Shown in pieces: positions 37,571 through 49,100 of a stretch of DNA of 64,000 bases. Source of the stretch: Chiloscyllium plagiosum (lineage: Eukaryota); NCBI RefSeq assembly GCF_004010195.1, contig NC_057750.1:15432537-15496536 (forward strand). The letters run 5' to 3'. The notes below the pieces were generated by a model. The model was not told the origin of the DNA. It saw only the letters and a list, made by a program, of their open reading frames with translations, and did no database searches. Position numbers and translations under genes: made by a program. The first letter of the stretch is position 1, and the number at the start of each line of letters is the position of its first letter.

Positions 37571-38786
37571 TCAGGTACTAGCACCAAGATAGCTTGATAA
37601 TGAAATATGGGCTCTTTCTGTGCTGCAGTTCTGATGTAATGCAGTGTGCCCATGGTGCTTTCAGTTTTTATGAATCAGCGAGCCACTGGCAATTTCTCTC
37701 TATCACGGGCTCAGAACACTTGACTAAATTACCATCATTGTTGCCAAAACAAACAACTCTGGTCAGTCACTCTTAACTTGGTCGGCACTAAAATACAGTG
37801 ACAATTCACCAGGAATTGCATTTAATCACTTCAACCTAACATAGTCAAGCACACCAAGTCAGCGAATCTTAAAATAATTCAGTTCATTGCTCTGTCATCC
37901 GATGATAGAAAGGAGATTTCTTTACCGAGACCAGTCAGTTCAACTGGTGTTTACTCATACCTGAAATTCCTTCGGGAGTCTCTGCTTGGGTATACAATTT
38001 ATATTAATAGCAGCGCCAGAGGGTTATCCGTTACAACACTGCTACATTGAGTAGAGCTTAATCACAGCAACTATATTCACAACAAAAAACATCTGACTTG
38101 GCCAACACAGATAGACTCAGACACACACACCAGGGCTTTCATAATACCAAACACTCAACCACAGATGCAGAGTTAGTCACAGCAACAGGCTAACACTTCC
38201 TCTCTCCACAGAAACTGTTTGATCAGCCGAGTGTTGCCAGTGCTTTCTGCTTATGAAGTACAAGCAATAAAGGCACTGGCACTATATATCCTATTCTGAC
38301 ACACTCAGTTCCTTGCGTAAATTAGACAAACAGCCATGTTGTTCAGTTTTATTTCTTTCACTCAGGTTTTTGTTAAAACCTATAATCACAATTTAAGCCA
38401 ATTCATTACCAAGAAATTATACAGATCAACGTTTTAGAACTGATGCTCTCGATTGCAATTTGGATGATATTATTCGCACATCCCCACAGCTTTATAATCT
38501 CACACTCCAGTCAGAACAGACACAAATAATTTTGTCTCCAGCACAATGTGACAGTGCCTATCATATCCTTATGGCCCAACAAAATAGGGCTGAAAAAGTC
38601 AAATCCATGACCTGCTGCGCTTTTCCAGCAACACATTTTCAGCTCAGGCTATCTCTGTCCTTGTAACTACTGTTGTTTTGGTCTTTTTAATCTGATTTGA
38701 CTTTTTCAGCCCTATTTTGTTGGGCCATAAGGATATGATAGGCACTGTCACATTGTGAATGAACTTCCAGAGAAGGAGTGGATTCA

Positions 38787-38893
38787 GAAACGTCGATTCT
38801 CCTGTTCCCTGGATGCTGCCTGACCTGCTGCGCTTTTCCAGCAACACATTTTCAGCTCTGATCTCCAGCATCTGCAGAGCTCACTTTCTCCTT
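38787..38893 (+). mobile_element. PLE terminal fragment beginning at the hammerhead GAAA box
   Basis: GAAACGTCGATTCTCCTGTTCCCTGGATGCTGCC...CACTTTCTCC; a smaller piece lies at 38608-38645. Confidence 0.8.
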
Positions 38894-39049
38894 CGAGATA
38901 GCCAGAAGGAATTTTGTGAGGGATGCATGAACAAGAAAATGAACAAGGAATTCAAAACTCCCAAAGATAGTATGTTCTGTTCATTTGCCAATATGTCTCT
39001 GAAACATGGACAATAATCACAGATCTACGGAAACCTCAGAATTGCACTA

Positions 39050-39310
39050 AGATGCAGCTAAACATTCTATATACAGGCTATAAGACAAATGAAGTTGGAA
39101 GAGCATTACAAACTCTAAAATGTGACATCCAGAAAAGAAAATATCAGTATTTCAGCAACTTGATCAGAGCTGAAAAGCTACAGAGAACTCTTCCACAGGG
39201 TAAAGTGGAGGACTGCAGGAAAAAAGATTGACAAAAGGGTGGTTGGATGACGGATGTGACAAAGCGGATTCAGACGAGCTACGGTGAGGAAGGGACAGCA
39301 TGGCACAAAA
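39050..39310 (+). mobile_element. RTE-clade LINE C-terminal remnant
   Basis: IQKRKYQYFSNLIRAEKLQRTLPQGKVE....W resembles the RTE end motif KLQYFGHL.R...LEK.L..GKIEG. Confidence 0.55.
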
Positions 39311-39719
39311 CTGTCCAGCAAAGCATAACATTACAGCAGATCTCCCAACACAAGTTGGTACAATCAGACATCATCAGTTTCACATCTTTGGGACATTCCA
39401 GAACACACTTCAACAAATTTAGTACTTTCCAAGTGTGGTCATTGCTGTCATTGCATACTTATGGGAGTTTGCTGTCTGCAAAGTGACAATGATGAGGTTA
39501 ACTCAGCATTTTTTTAACATTATGTCAGTTTGAGGAGAATTATCAATTTTGGCCTAACAGCACTGCTCCACCCTGCTTTAGCAGTGTTGGGTTATCATAA
39601 CGTTAAAGCCTTACACCTTCAACACTACAGAGTCAGTTTAGATTATGCAAAGTCTTTAGAATGGAACTTGAACTTCCACCTTTGGACTGCATTGAGAGTT
39701 ATCAACTGAATAATTCAAA

Positions 39720-40320
39720 ATTACGCATATCCTTAATAGTGCAAGGGGCCTCACAGAACTGTAAACCAAAGCATGGGTGCTGATTCACTCAAGATATTCA
39801 TAGAGATTAGCAAAAGCTTGGTCAAAGGGTCTTATAACTGGGGAATAAGTCAAGGGGGAGAGTGGTTCAGGGGGGGACTTCTAAAGCTTAGGATCCAGGC
39901 ATGTAAGGTATGAATAGTTATTTATGAAACGAGTGCGGTGTCTGTGCCTGTGTGCACACGTATCTGTGCCTGTGTGCATGTATGTGTGATTATTAGCCAT
40001 TGCTCATTTATACGAGTGTGTTACCGAAGGTATGACCACAATTGGTGAACCAATTAAAAGCAGGGATGCTCAAGAGACCAAAATTAATGGAAAGCATAGA
40101 TTTTGAAGGGTTATAGGATGAGAACAAGTTAGAGATAGGGAGGTGGGGAGGCAATATATTGATCTGAAAAGAATAAAAGTTTTAAAATCGAGGCGGTTCT
40201 GGGTTAGCAGCCAACAGATCAGCAAGCTTGGGGTGAGGGAGAATGAACAGGCCTCACGGGGAATGGAGGGCAAGATAACGAAAATCTGAATGAACTTTGG
40301 ATTTACGGAGGGTGCAAAGT
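39720..40320 (-). mobile_element. L2-like LINE remnant
   Basis: WLLTQNRLDFKTFILF resembles the L2 motif WLP...RIDFKIL; very decayed. Confidence 0.5.
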
Positions 40321-40504
40321 GTGAAACAGACCTGAACCTCTTGAAGGCATTTCCTGTACACCACAGCGCATGTCAATTTGCAATCTGTACTCCGTTAATT
40401 CACATCAGCTGGATTCCTGCAATTGCCTTTCACCTTCCAGAAGTAAGGAAACACCAGGCCCTTGCTCAACAACTGATGAATCCTACAGGATCAGACAAGG
40501 TACT

Positions 40505-41315
40505 CCAAGGCAAAACAAGTATGAAGAAGCTAGAGTACTTGTTGTCGTGCTGTAATGATAACAATCTGTCTTGCAAAATAAAAGAACTGAATATTGACTT
40601 CAGGGAGAAAGGAAGAGAACACACCCCCATCTACATCAACAGAGCCAAGGTGGAGAAGGTCAAGAACATCACATTCTGAGAAGTGACAATAATCAATCTT
40701 CCCTGGACCTTCCATGTTGATGTGACGGTCAAGGCAACACAATATTACTTCTTCTTTCTCAGCAGGCATAGGAAATTCAACATGTCCACAAGGACCCTAA
40801 CCAATGTTACAGATGCACCACAGAAAGCCTTTTATCTGGGTGCATAACATCTTGGTGCAGCAACTGATCTGCCCAGGATCGTAAGAAAATACTGAAAGTT
40901 GTGTGCACAGCCCAGACCCTCACCAAAGCCAACCTCCGAGCCATGGACTCCATTTAAATCTCTGGTTACCACAGAAAGGCTGCCAACATCATCAAAGACT
41001 CCTCTCACCCTGGTATACGCTCTTCAAACCTCTTCCATCAGGAAAAAAATACAGAAGCTTTAACACACACACCAACAGGTTCAAGTACAGCTTATTTCCT
41101 GCTGTTATTAGACTGCTGAATGGACCTTCTAATTTCCAAGCCAATGTTGACCTTGGTTTTGTGCACCTCCTGTGCAGTGGTAACATTGTGTGCATTGCTC
41201 GTAGAACCCTACAATTTCTACGTCCTTGTTTGCTATGATCTGCCTGTACTGCTTGCAAAACAAAACTTTTCACTGTACTTAGGGACAAGAGGCAACAATA
41301 AATCAAACAAACAAA
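40505..41315 (+). mobile_element. Rex1/Babar-like LINE 3' part
   Basis: NNLS..KIKELNIDFR...HTPIYIN...VEKV; FKPLPSGKKYRS..T.TNRFK.S.FPAVIRLLN; AATAAATCAA tail. Confidence 0.85.
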
Positions 41316-41344
41316 CAATTGGAGGCGGCCAAAGAAGGTCACAA

Positions 41345-42425
41345 GATCACAAGATGTTGTTCAACTTGAAACGATTCAGAGGAAATTTACAAGGATGTTA
41401 GTGGGATCAGAAGGTTTCAGCTATAAAGAGAGGCTACATCTGCTGGGTTCTTACTCCCTGGAGCATAGGAGGCTAAAGGGTGACCTTATAGAGGTTTTTA
41501 AAATCATGAGTGCCATGAATAGAGTGAGTAGCCAAGGTCTTTCTCCCAGAGTAGGAGAGTCCAAAACTAGAGGATGTAGGTTTAAGGTGAGAGAGGAAAA
41601 GTTCAAAAGGAACCCAAGGGCAACTTTTTCATGCAGAGGGCAGTGCATGTTTGGAATGAGCTGCCAGAAATGGAGGAGAAGGTGGGATCAATTACAACAT
41701 TTAAAAGACAACCGGATGGATACATGAATAGAAAGGATTTGGAGGGATATGGGCCAAATGCTGGGAAATGGGACTTGATCAGTTTCGCATATCCGGTCAG
41801 TGATGATGAGTTGGACCAAAGGGTCTGTTTCCATGTTATGTAACTCTATGGCTCTATAATCAAGAGCAGGAGTAGGCCCTCAAGCCTCCTCCACCATTCA
41901 ATAAAATGGTGCCTGATTTCCCTATGGCCTCAAACTCCCTTTCATGTCTGCTCATCTCCTCAATAATCCTCAATCAAAATCTATCTGACTCAGCCTTAAT
42001 TGCAATCAATGACACAGCCTCCAGTGCTCTCTGGGGGAAATCACTCAGACTCACAACCTTTAGAGAAAAGATTACTCAACTCCATCTTAGACTCTGAGTC
42101 CTGATTTTTAAACCATGTTCTCATTCTAGACTTCCCCACATGAACAGTTAAGGATATGGGGTAGCCCACTCAAGATCGAGATACGGAGAAATGTCTTCAC
42201 CCAGAGCAGCATCCTGTGGAGTTCTCTTCCATAGAAAGTTGTTAATGTCAAAAACATTCTATGTTTTCAAGAAGGATTTAGATATAATTGCTAGAGCCAA
42301 AGGGATCAAAGAGTGGGGAAGAAAGTTAGAACGGGGTAGTAAGTTGGATGATCAGCCACGATCATATTGAACGGCAGAACAGGCATTAAGGAGTGAATGG
42401 ACCACTCCAGCTCCTATTTCCTATG
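41345..42425. mobile_element. Cluster of CR1-type 3' fragments (41345-41858 +, 41862-42140 -, 42150-42425 +)
   Basis: SYKERL.LLG.YSLEHRRLKGDLIEVFKIM and characteristic tails. Confidence 0.82.
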
Positions 42426-42985
42426 TATCTCCAAGACCAGAATTGGACAGCAACAATTACAGTGAAGATAGATCACCACAGCAACTTGATTCAGTGCAAC
42501 TCTCAGCGATAAACGAGAGCAGAAATACTGAACTTCCCTCCCGAGGATTTGGTCTGTGCCACAAATGGACCTATACCCACAAAAACAGAACACTGGACCA
42601 ACGTTTCTAGCTCCACCACAGCATGTAACAAAGACTTTCAATCAAGCTACCCGTACTTAAATAACACATCAAAAATAGTAGAATGCACAGGACATAGCAC
42701 AATAACTGCAAACCCTCAAAACAAGAACAATGCCCTCATCTTAAAATGAGCAAGAAAACACACCACAAAGAAAGAGGATGTTGGCTTCCAGCTCCATTCT
42801 TAATTTAAATAACCTCCGTAACTCCAGAATTTATCTGCTGCACAGAATCTAAACACAGTTTCTGCTCCCTTATGACAGCATCTATCATGACAGGATAACC
42901 CAAATAGAAAGTGAATGAAACAAGCTGCTGGAAATAAAATAAAATAAAAAGAAAACAGAAATGGCAAAGAGCCATTTGAGGAACT

Positions 42986-43235
42986 AGGAGAAAGTGAGGA
43001 CCGCAGATGCTGGAGAGTCTGTCAAAAAATGTGGCACTGGAAAAACACAGATCAGGCAGCATCCGAGAAGCAGGAGAATCAACGTTTCAGACATAAGCCC
43101 TTCATCATGTGTCCAAACTGAAAGTCCACAACCAAAACATTCTGACAACCATCTGATGAAGGTGAAGCACTCCGAAAGCTAGTGCTTCCAAATAAACCTG
43201 CTGGACTATAACCTGGTGTTGTGAGATTTTTAATT
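42986..43235. mobile_element. Two PLE terminal fragments of different families (42986-43108 minus; 43150-43235 plus)
   Basis: GTTTCAGACATAAGCCCTTCATCA (inverse hammerhead motif); CTGATGAAGGTGAAGCACTCCGAAAGCTAGTG. Confidence 0.78.
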
Positions 43236-43719
43236 CTGACAGGACACACCATCAACTTGATCAGTCTGACATAGCACACCTTCCCCGTGAGCTACAACTG
43301 CCAACCCCTCTGCAGTCTTCAGGGAATACATACAGTCTCAACCCTCTCCCATTTATCCTAGCTCCTCCACTCCCCAGACACAAGGGTATCAACCTTTCTG
43401 CCTCTGTCACCCACCCACCAACCACTTGCACCCCTCACTCAAGTTACATCAGTCCACATCACCCTACCCTGGATGCGTGAACATCCCTGACCCAGAGCAC
43501 ATCACACAAAAGACTCCCACAAGTCAATTCCTCTCCCCAACACAAACTCTGGCGCATACATAAACACATATATCCACCCTGCACTTGATCCCAGAGGGAC
43601 TGGGGCAGGGGAAGGAGAAAGAGACAGTGGAGTCGGGAGGAAACGGGGATAGGTGGCGAGAAAGAGAGCTTGGGAGAGGACTGAAGAGGGATGGGCGTGT
43701 AAGGGGTAGGGGGCTGAAG

Positions 43720-44260
43720 CGACTCCGCAGGCCCCATTACCTGTGGCACTACCTTCTCCCCCCTGAGGCCCCGGTCACTCACCCCCAGGCCGTCCTCCAG
43801 GCCCAGGCCTAGTCGCTGCTGTTGAGTCTCGGCGTCGCTGGAGGGACTGAAATCATCCTCGGATTCCTCGAAGGAAGACGAGTGTCCGGCGGAGGATAAC
43901 GATGAGCCCGAGAGTTTACGGAGCAGCAGCGAGGGAGCCGGTGAGCTGCCGCAGCCGCTGTCCGAAGACCGGCACTCCTCGTCCGGCGGATCATCGGCCG
44001 CCCGCTCGGCTCCGGAGTTGGGGCCCAGCAGCAGCGACTCGTCCTGGGTGACAATCAGCTGCGGGATGGGCCTGTGGGGACCCGAGGACTTGGCCAGGCC
44101 TGGCTCCCCGCCCTCCTTCCCCGGGCCGTTCGCGTTCTCCGGGCTTTTCATCAAACTCCGAATTCCCGCATCGCAGAGCCCCGGGCGGAGCCGCTCCTCA
44201 GGCGGACACCCCGAGCTGCTCCGTCCATGCACAGTCTCCCAGCCCCTGCTGTCAATCAAC
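43720..44260. promoter_or_regulatory. CpG-island-like GC-rich 5' region of the ITPK gene
   Basis: Abrupt rise in GC and CpG density relative to the AT-rich, CpG-poor flanks; overlaps the exon. Confidence 0.7.
43741..44151 (-). CDS. ITPKC: First coding exon of an inositol-trisphosphate 3-kinase (ITPKC-like; ITPKB is the alternative)
   Basis: Translation contains PIPQLIVT...SSDSGCGSSPAPSLLLRKLSGSSLSSAGHSSSFEESEDD, matching from memory the Ser-rich/acidic block preceding the catalytic region of vertebrate ITPKB/ITPKC. First in-frame ATG at 44151; phase-0 donor CAG|GTAATG at 43741/43740; CpG-rich. True start uncertain. Confidence 0.75.
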
Positions 44261-45102
44261 CGGATAACACAACCCCGCCCCTACTGTCAATCACCCGGAG
44301 AACCCAACTCCGCCCCTGCTGTCAATCACCCGGAGAACCCAACCCCGCCCCTACTGTCAATCAACCGGAGAACCCAACCCCGCCCCTGCTGTCAATCAAC
44401 CGGATAACCCAACCCCGCCCCTGCTGTCAATCAACCGGATAACACAACCCCGCCCCTACTGTCAATCACCCGGAGAACCCAACCTCGTCCCTACTGTCAA
44501 TCACCCGGAGAACCCAACCTCGTCCCTACTGTCAATCACCCGGAGAACCCAACCTCGTCCCTACTGTCAATCACCCGGAGAACCCAACCTCGTCCCTACT
44601 GTCAATCACCCGGAGAACCCAACCTCGTCCCTACTGTCAATCACCCGGAGAACCCAACCTCGTCCCTACTGTCAATCACCCGGAGAACCCAACCTCGTCC
44701 CTACTGTCAATCACCCGGAGAACCCAACTCCGCCCCTGCTGTCAATCACCCGGAGAACCCAACCCCGCCCCTACTGTCAATCAACCGGAGAACCCAACCC
44801 CGCCCCTGCTGTCAATCAACCGGATAACCCAACCCCGCCCCTGCTGTCAATCAACCGGATAACACAACCCCGCCCCTACTGTCAATCACCCGGAGAACCC
44901 AACCCCGCCCCTACTGTCAATCACCCGGAGAACCCAACCCCGCCCCTACTGTCAATCACCCGGAGAACCCAACCCCGCCCCTACTGTCAATCACCCGGAG
45001 AACCCAACCCCGCCCCTACTGTCAATCACCCGGAGAACCCAACCCCGCCCCTACTGTCAATCACCCGGAGAACCCAACCCCGCCCCTGCTGTCAATCAAC
45101 CG
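44242..45102. repeat. 35-bp minisatellite, array A (~24 units)
   Basis: Tandem unit CTACTGTCAATCACCCGGAGAACCCAACCCCGCCC with minor variants; ends at a 5-N gap so true length is unknown. Confidence 0.97.
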
Positions 45103-45107
45103 NNNNN

Positions 45108-45652
45108 CCCCAAACCCGTCCCTGCTGTCATTTACCAGGAGACCCCAAACCCGCCCCTGCTGCTAAACTCTAGGAGACCCCAAACCCGCCCCTGCTGCTA
45201 AACTCTAGGAGACCCCAAACCCGCCCCTGCTGCTAAACTCTAGGAGACCCCAAACCCGCCCCTGCTGTCATTTACCAGGAGACCCCAAACCCGCCCCTGC
45301 TGCTAAACTCTAGGAGATCCCAAACCCGCCCCTGCTGCTAATCACCATGAGACCCCAAACCCGTCCCTGCTGTCATTTACCAGGAGACCCCAAATCCGCC
45401 CCTGCTGCTAAACTCTAGGAGACCCCAAACCCACCCCTGCTGTCATTTACCAGGAGACCCCAAATCCGCCCCTGCTGCTAAACTCTAGGAGACCCCAAAC
45501 CCGCCCCTGCTGTCATTTACCAGGAGACCCCAAACCCGCCCCTGCTGTCATATACCAGGAGACCCCAAACCCGCCCCTGCTGTCATTTACCAGGAGACCC
45601 CAAACCCGCCCCTGCTGTCATTTACCAGGAGACCCCAAACCCATCCTGCTGT
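45108..45652. repeat. 35-bp minisatellite, array B (~15 units, two interspersed variants), related to array A
   Basis: Units GGAGACCCCAAACCCGCCCCTGCTGCTAAACTCTA and GGAGACCCCAAACCCGCCCCTGCTGTCATTTACCA. Confidence 0.95.
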
Positions 45653-45747
45653 CCAGAAGAACCTGCTGTGCTTTTTCCAGCTCCACAGGTTATTGACTCA
45701 TCATCAGTGTGTTTAGTGACATGTTGTAAAAACAATCTCTCCCTCAA

Positions 45748-46910
45748 TGAATTGAATTGAATTTACTGTCACGTGTACCGAGGTACAGTGAAAAGCTTTG
45801 TTTTGCGAACAATACAGGCAGATCACAGAGTTAAGTAGCATAGATAAGTAAATAATAAATAAACGGCGGCAAAAACAAAAACACAGGTACAGGCGAATGT
45901 TAAGAGTTTGTGAGTCCGTTCAGTATTCTAACAACAGTAGGGTAGAAGCTGTTTCAAAACTGGCAGGTGTGTGTATTTAGGCTCTGTACCTTCTCCCCGA
46001 TGGTAGAGATTATACAAAAACATTGCCAGGGTGGGATGGATCTTTGAGAATGCTGGCGGCCTTTCCTTGAAAGTGGGCCTGGTAGATGGATTTTATAGAC
46101 AGGAGATTGGCCTTTGTGATTGTCCGGGCTGAGTTCACCACTCTCTGTAACCACCTCCGATCTTGAATGGTACAGCTGCCATACCAGGTAGAGATACACC
46201 CAGACAGAATACTCTCAATGGCACACCTGTAAAAGTTCACAAGGGTATTCGCCGTCATGCCAAATTTCCTCAGCTACCTGAGGAAGAAGGGACGTTGTTG
46301 GGTCTTTATAGCCAGTGCATTCAAATTAAGAGTCCAAGGAAGCCTGCTGTGGATGACCACTCCCAGGAGCTTGACACTCTCCACTCGTTCCACCTCTGTG
46401 CTGTTAATGTGTAGGGGGGTATGAGTAACATCCCACTGAAAGTCAATAATGAGTTCCTTGGTTTTGCCGGCATTGAGAGCTAGATTGTTCTCATTTTTCC
46501 AGGTCTTCCAATTCCCGTCAGTAGTCTGTTTAGTCACCATCTGATATTCAACCGACTAAGGTGGTGTCATCAGCAAACTTATAAATGGCATTAGTCTGGT
46601 ATTTGGTGACGTAGTCATGGGTATACAGTGAGTACAGTAGGGGGCTGAGTATGCATCCTTGGGGGCTCCAGTGTTGTGTGTTAGTGAGGATAAAATATTG
46701 TCCCCAATTTTCCCTGATTGTGGCCTGTGGGTAAGGAAACTAAGGACCCAGTTGCAGAGAGTGGGGCTGAGTCCAAGATCACTAAGTTTAGCAATCAATC
46801 TCGAGGGGATAATAGTTTTGAAAGCTGAACTGTAGTCAATGAGTAGGATTCTTACGTAGCTGTTCTTGGTGTCAAGATGTTCTAGGGAGGAGTGGAAGGC
46901 AAGTGATATG
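45748..46910 (-). mobile_element. Rex1/Babar-like LINE RT/3' region
   Basis: [65 protein letters not shown]; (TTCAA)n tail. Confidence 0.9.
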
Positions 46911-49100
46911 GCAAGTGATATGTTGAATTTTCTTAGCCTCCTGATGTTGTATTTCCTTGATCATTGCGTTGATGTGGGTGGACAAGGACAGATTGCTGGT
47001 GATTGCCGCTCCCAGGAACTTGATACTCTTGACTATCTCCACCTCACTCTGCTTCCTGAAGTCAATGACCAGATCCTCCATTTTGCTGACATTTTGCAAG
47101 TCCTGACAAACCTTTCCCAATAGTCACTGCATCAGAGGTCAAATCAGTTTTCCTTCATGTGAATCCAAGGAAAGTGATGGGACCAGACGGAATACCAGGC
47201 TGTGCACTCAGAGCATGCACAGATCAACTGGCAGAGGTATTCTCAGACATGGATTTGTTGGTCTGATAGGCAAGTTGGAGTGGGTCAAGAGTAGTGGGGG
47301 GGCTGGAGTTGATGAATGCCATGACCAGCCTCCCAAAGTACTTCATGACCACCGAAGTTAGGGCCACTGGACAGTAGTCATTGAGACAGGCTGTATGAGC
47401 CTTCTTAGACACAGGGATGATATTGGCCCTCTTGAAGCAGGCAGGGACAGTGGCCTGCTGCAGGGAGAGATTGAAGATGTCTGAGAAGACTTCTGCCAGT
47501 TGATCTGCGCATGCTCTGAGTGCACGGTCTGGTACTTGGTCTGGTCCCATCGCTTTCCTTGGATTCACACAAAAGAAAACTGATCTGACCTCTGATGCAG
47601 TGACTGTTGGGATAGGTTCATCAGGATTTGCAAAATGTCAGCAAAATGGAGGATTTGGTCATTGACCTCAGGAAGCAGAGTGAGGTGGAGATGGTCAAGA
47701 GGATCAGGTTCCTGGGAGCGGCAATTACCAACAATCTGTCCCTGTCCACCCACATCGACGCAACAATCAAGGAAGCACAACAACATCTCTACTTCATCAT
47801 GAGGCTAAGGAAATTCAACATATCCGTGAGGACTTATCCATTTTCATAGATGCACCATAGAAAGCATCCTACTGAATGCATCACAGTGTGGTACGGCAAC
47901 TGCTGTTCCCAAGACCAAAAGATCCTGTAATGAGTTGTGAACAGAGTAAAGTCCATCATGCAAAACAGCCTCCCATTGATAGACTTGGCCTATACTTCTC
48001 CCCGCCCCTCCAACCGCCACCAGGACAGAACCCCACTGGTACTCACCTACCACCCCACCAATCTCCATGTACAGCGTATCATCCGCCGTCATTTCCGCCA
48101 CCTCCAAACGGACCCCACCACCAAGGATATATTTTCCTCCCCTCCCCTATCAGCGTTCCGTAAAGACCACTCCCTCCGTGACTCCCTCGTCAGATCCACA
48201 CCNNNNNNNNNNNNNNNNNNNNNNNNNNNNNNNNNNNNNNNNNNNNNNNNNNNNNNNNNNNNNNNNNNNNNNNNNNNNNNNNNNNNNNNNNNNNNNNNNN
48301 NNNNNNNNNNNNNNNNNNNNNNNNNNNNNNNNNNNNNNNNNNNNNNNNNNNNNNNNNNNNNNNNNNNNNNNNNNNNNNNNNNNNNNNNNNNNNNNNNNNN
48401 NNNNNNNNNNNNNNNNNNNNNNNNNNNNNNNNNNNNNNNNNNNNNNNNNNNNNNNNNNNNNNNNNNNNNNNNNNNNNNNNNNNNNNNNNNNNNNNNNNNN
48501 NNNNNNNNNNNNNNNNNNNNNNNNNNNNNNNNNNNNNNNNNNNNNNCCCCACTCCGGCCTATCACCCTCACCTTGACCTCCTTCCACCTATCGCATTTCC
48601 AATGCCCCTCCCCCAAGTCCCTCCTCCCTACCTTTTATCTTAGCCTGCTGGACACACTTTCCTCATTCCTGAAGAAGGGCTTATGCCCGAAACATCGATT
48701 CTCCTGTTCCCTGGATGCTGCCTGACCTGCTGCGCTGTTCCAGCAACACATTTTCAGCTATACTTCTCATTGTCTCAGGAAAGCAACCAACAAAACCAAA
48801 GGTCCCTCTCACCCGAGTTATATTCTCTTTCACCCTCTTATGTCGCGCAAAAGTTATAAAATTTTGAAAACACATACTAACAGATTCAATAACAGCTTCT
48901 TCCCAGCTGTTATCAGACTTTTGACTGGATGTGTTTAATGTTAATGTTGATCTCTTTCTGCACCTTCTCAGCAGCAGTAACATTGTACTCTGCACTCTGC
49001 TCTGTTACCCTGATGTAGTACGATTTGTCTGTAAAGCATGTAAGACAACATTTTTCACTGTACCTCATACATGTGACAGTAATAAGTCAAATCAAATCAA
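46911..49100. mobile_element. Rearranged Rex1/Babar-like LINE fragments, interrupted by a PLE
   Basis: NPRKA.GPD.VP.RALRACADQLAEVFSDIFNLSL...LNDYCPVALTSVVMK (47251-47568, minus); plus-strand 3' part 47570-48000 resumes at 48758-49100. Confidence 0.85.
48001..48757 (+). mobile_element. 5'-truncated PLE (internal gap)
   Basis: DRTPLVLTYHPTNLHVQRIIRRHFRHLQTDPTTKDIF; hammerhead motif 48669-48696; TSD CTATACTTCTC (47990-48000, 48758-48768). Confidence 0.92.

Noticed and set aside
2738..43235. Strand bias of intronic hammerheads against the sense strand
   Set aside because: Both orientations are common and the counts are too small to support a bias.
43459..43740. C-terminal part of ORF 43459..44259
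   Set aside because: Lies past the splice donor; low-complexity intronic read-through.
44018..44442. Plus-strand ORFs overlapping the exon
   Set aside because: Antisense, GC-rich shadow frames running into the repeat; no recognisable protein.
44242..45102. Minisatellite as a coding N-terminal repeat of the kinase
   Set aside because: 35 is not a multiple of 3 and minus-strand units carry TGA/TAG stops that close the frames.
44242..45652. CRISPR-like array (35-bp period)
   Set aside because: Units are contiguous with no unique spacers, there are no cas genes, and the context is vertebrate.
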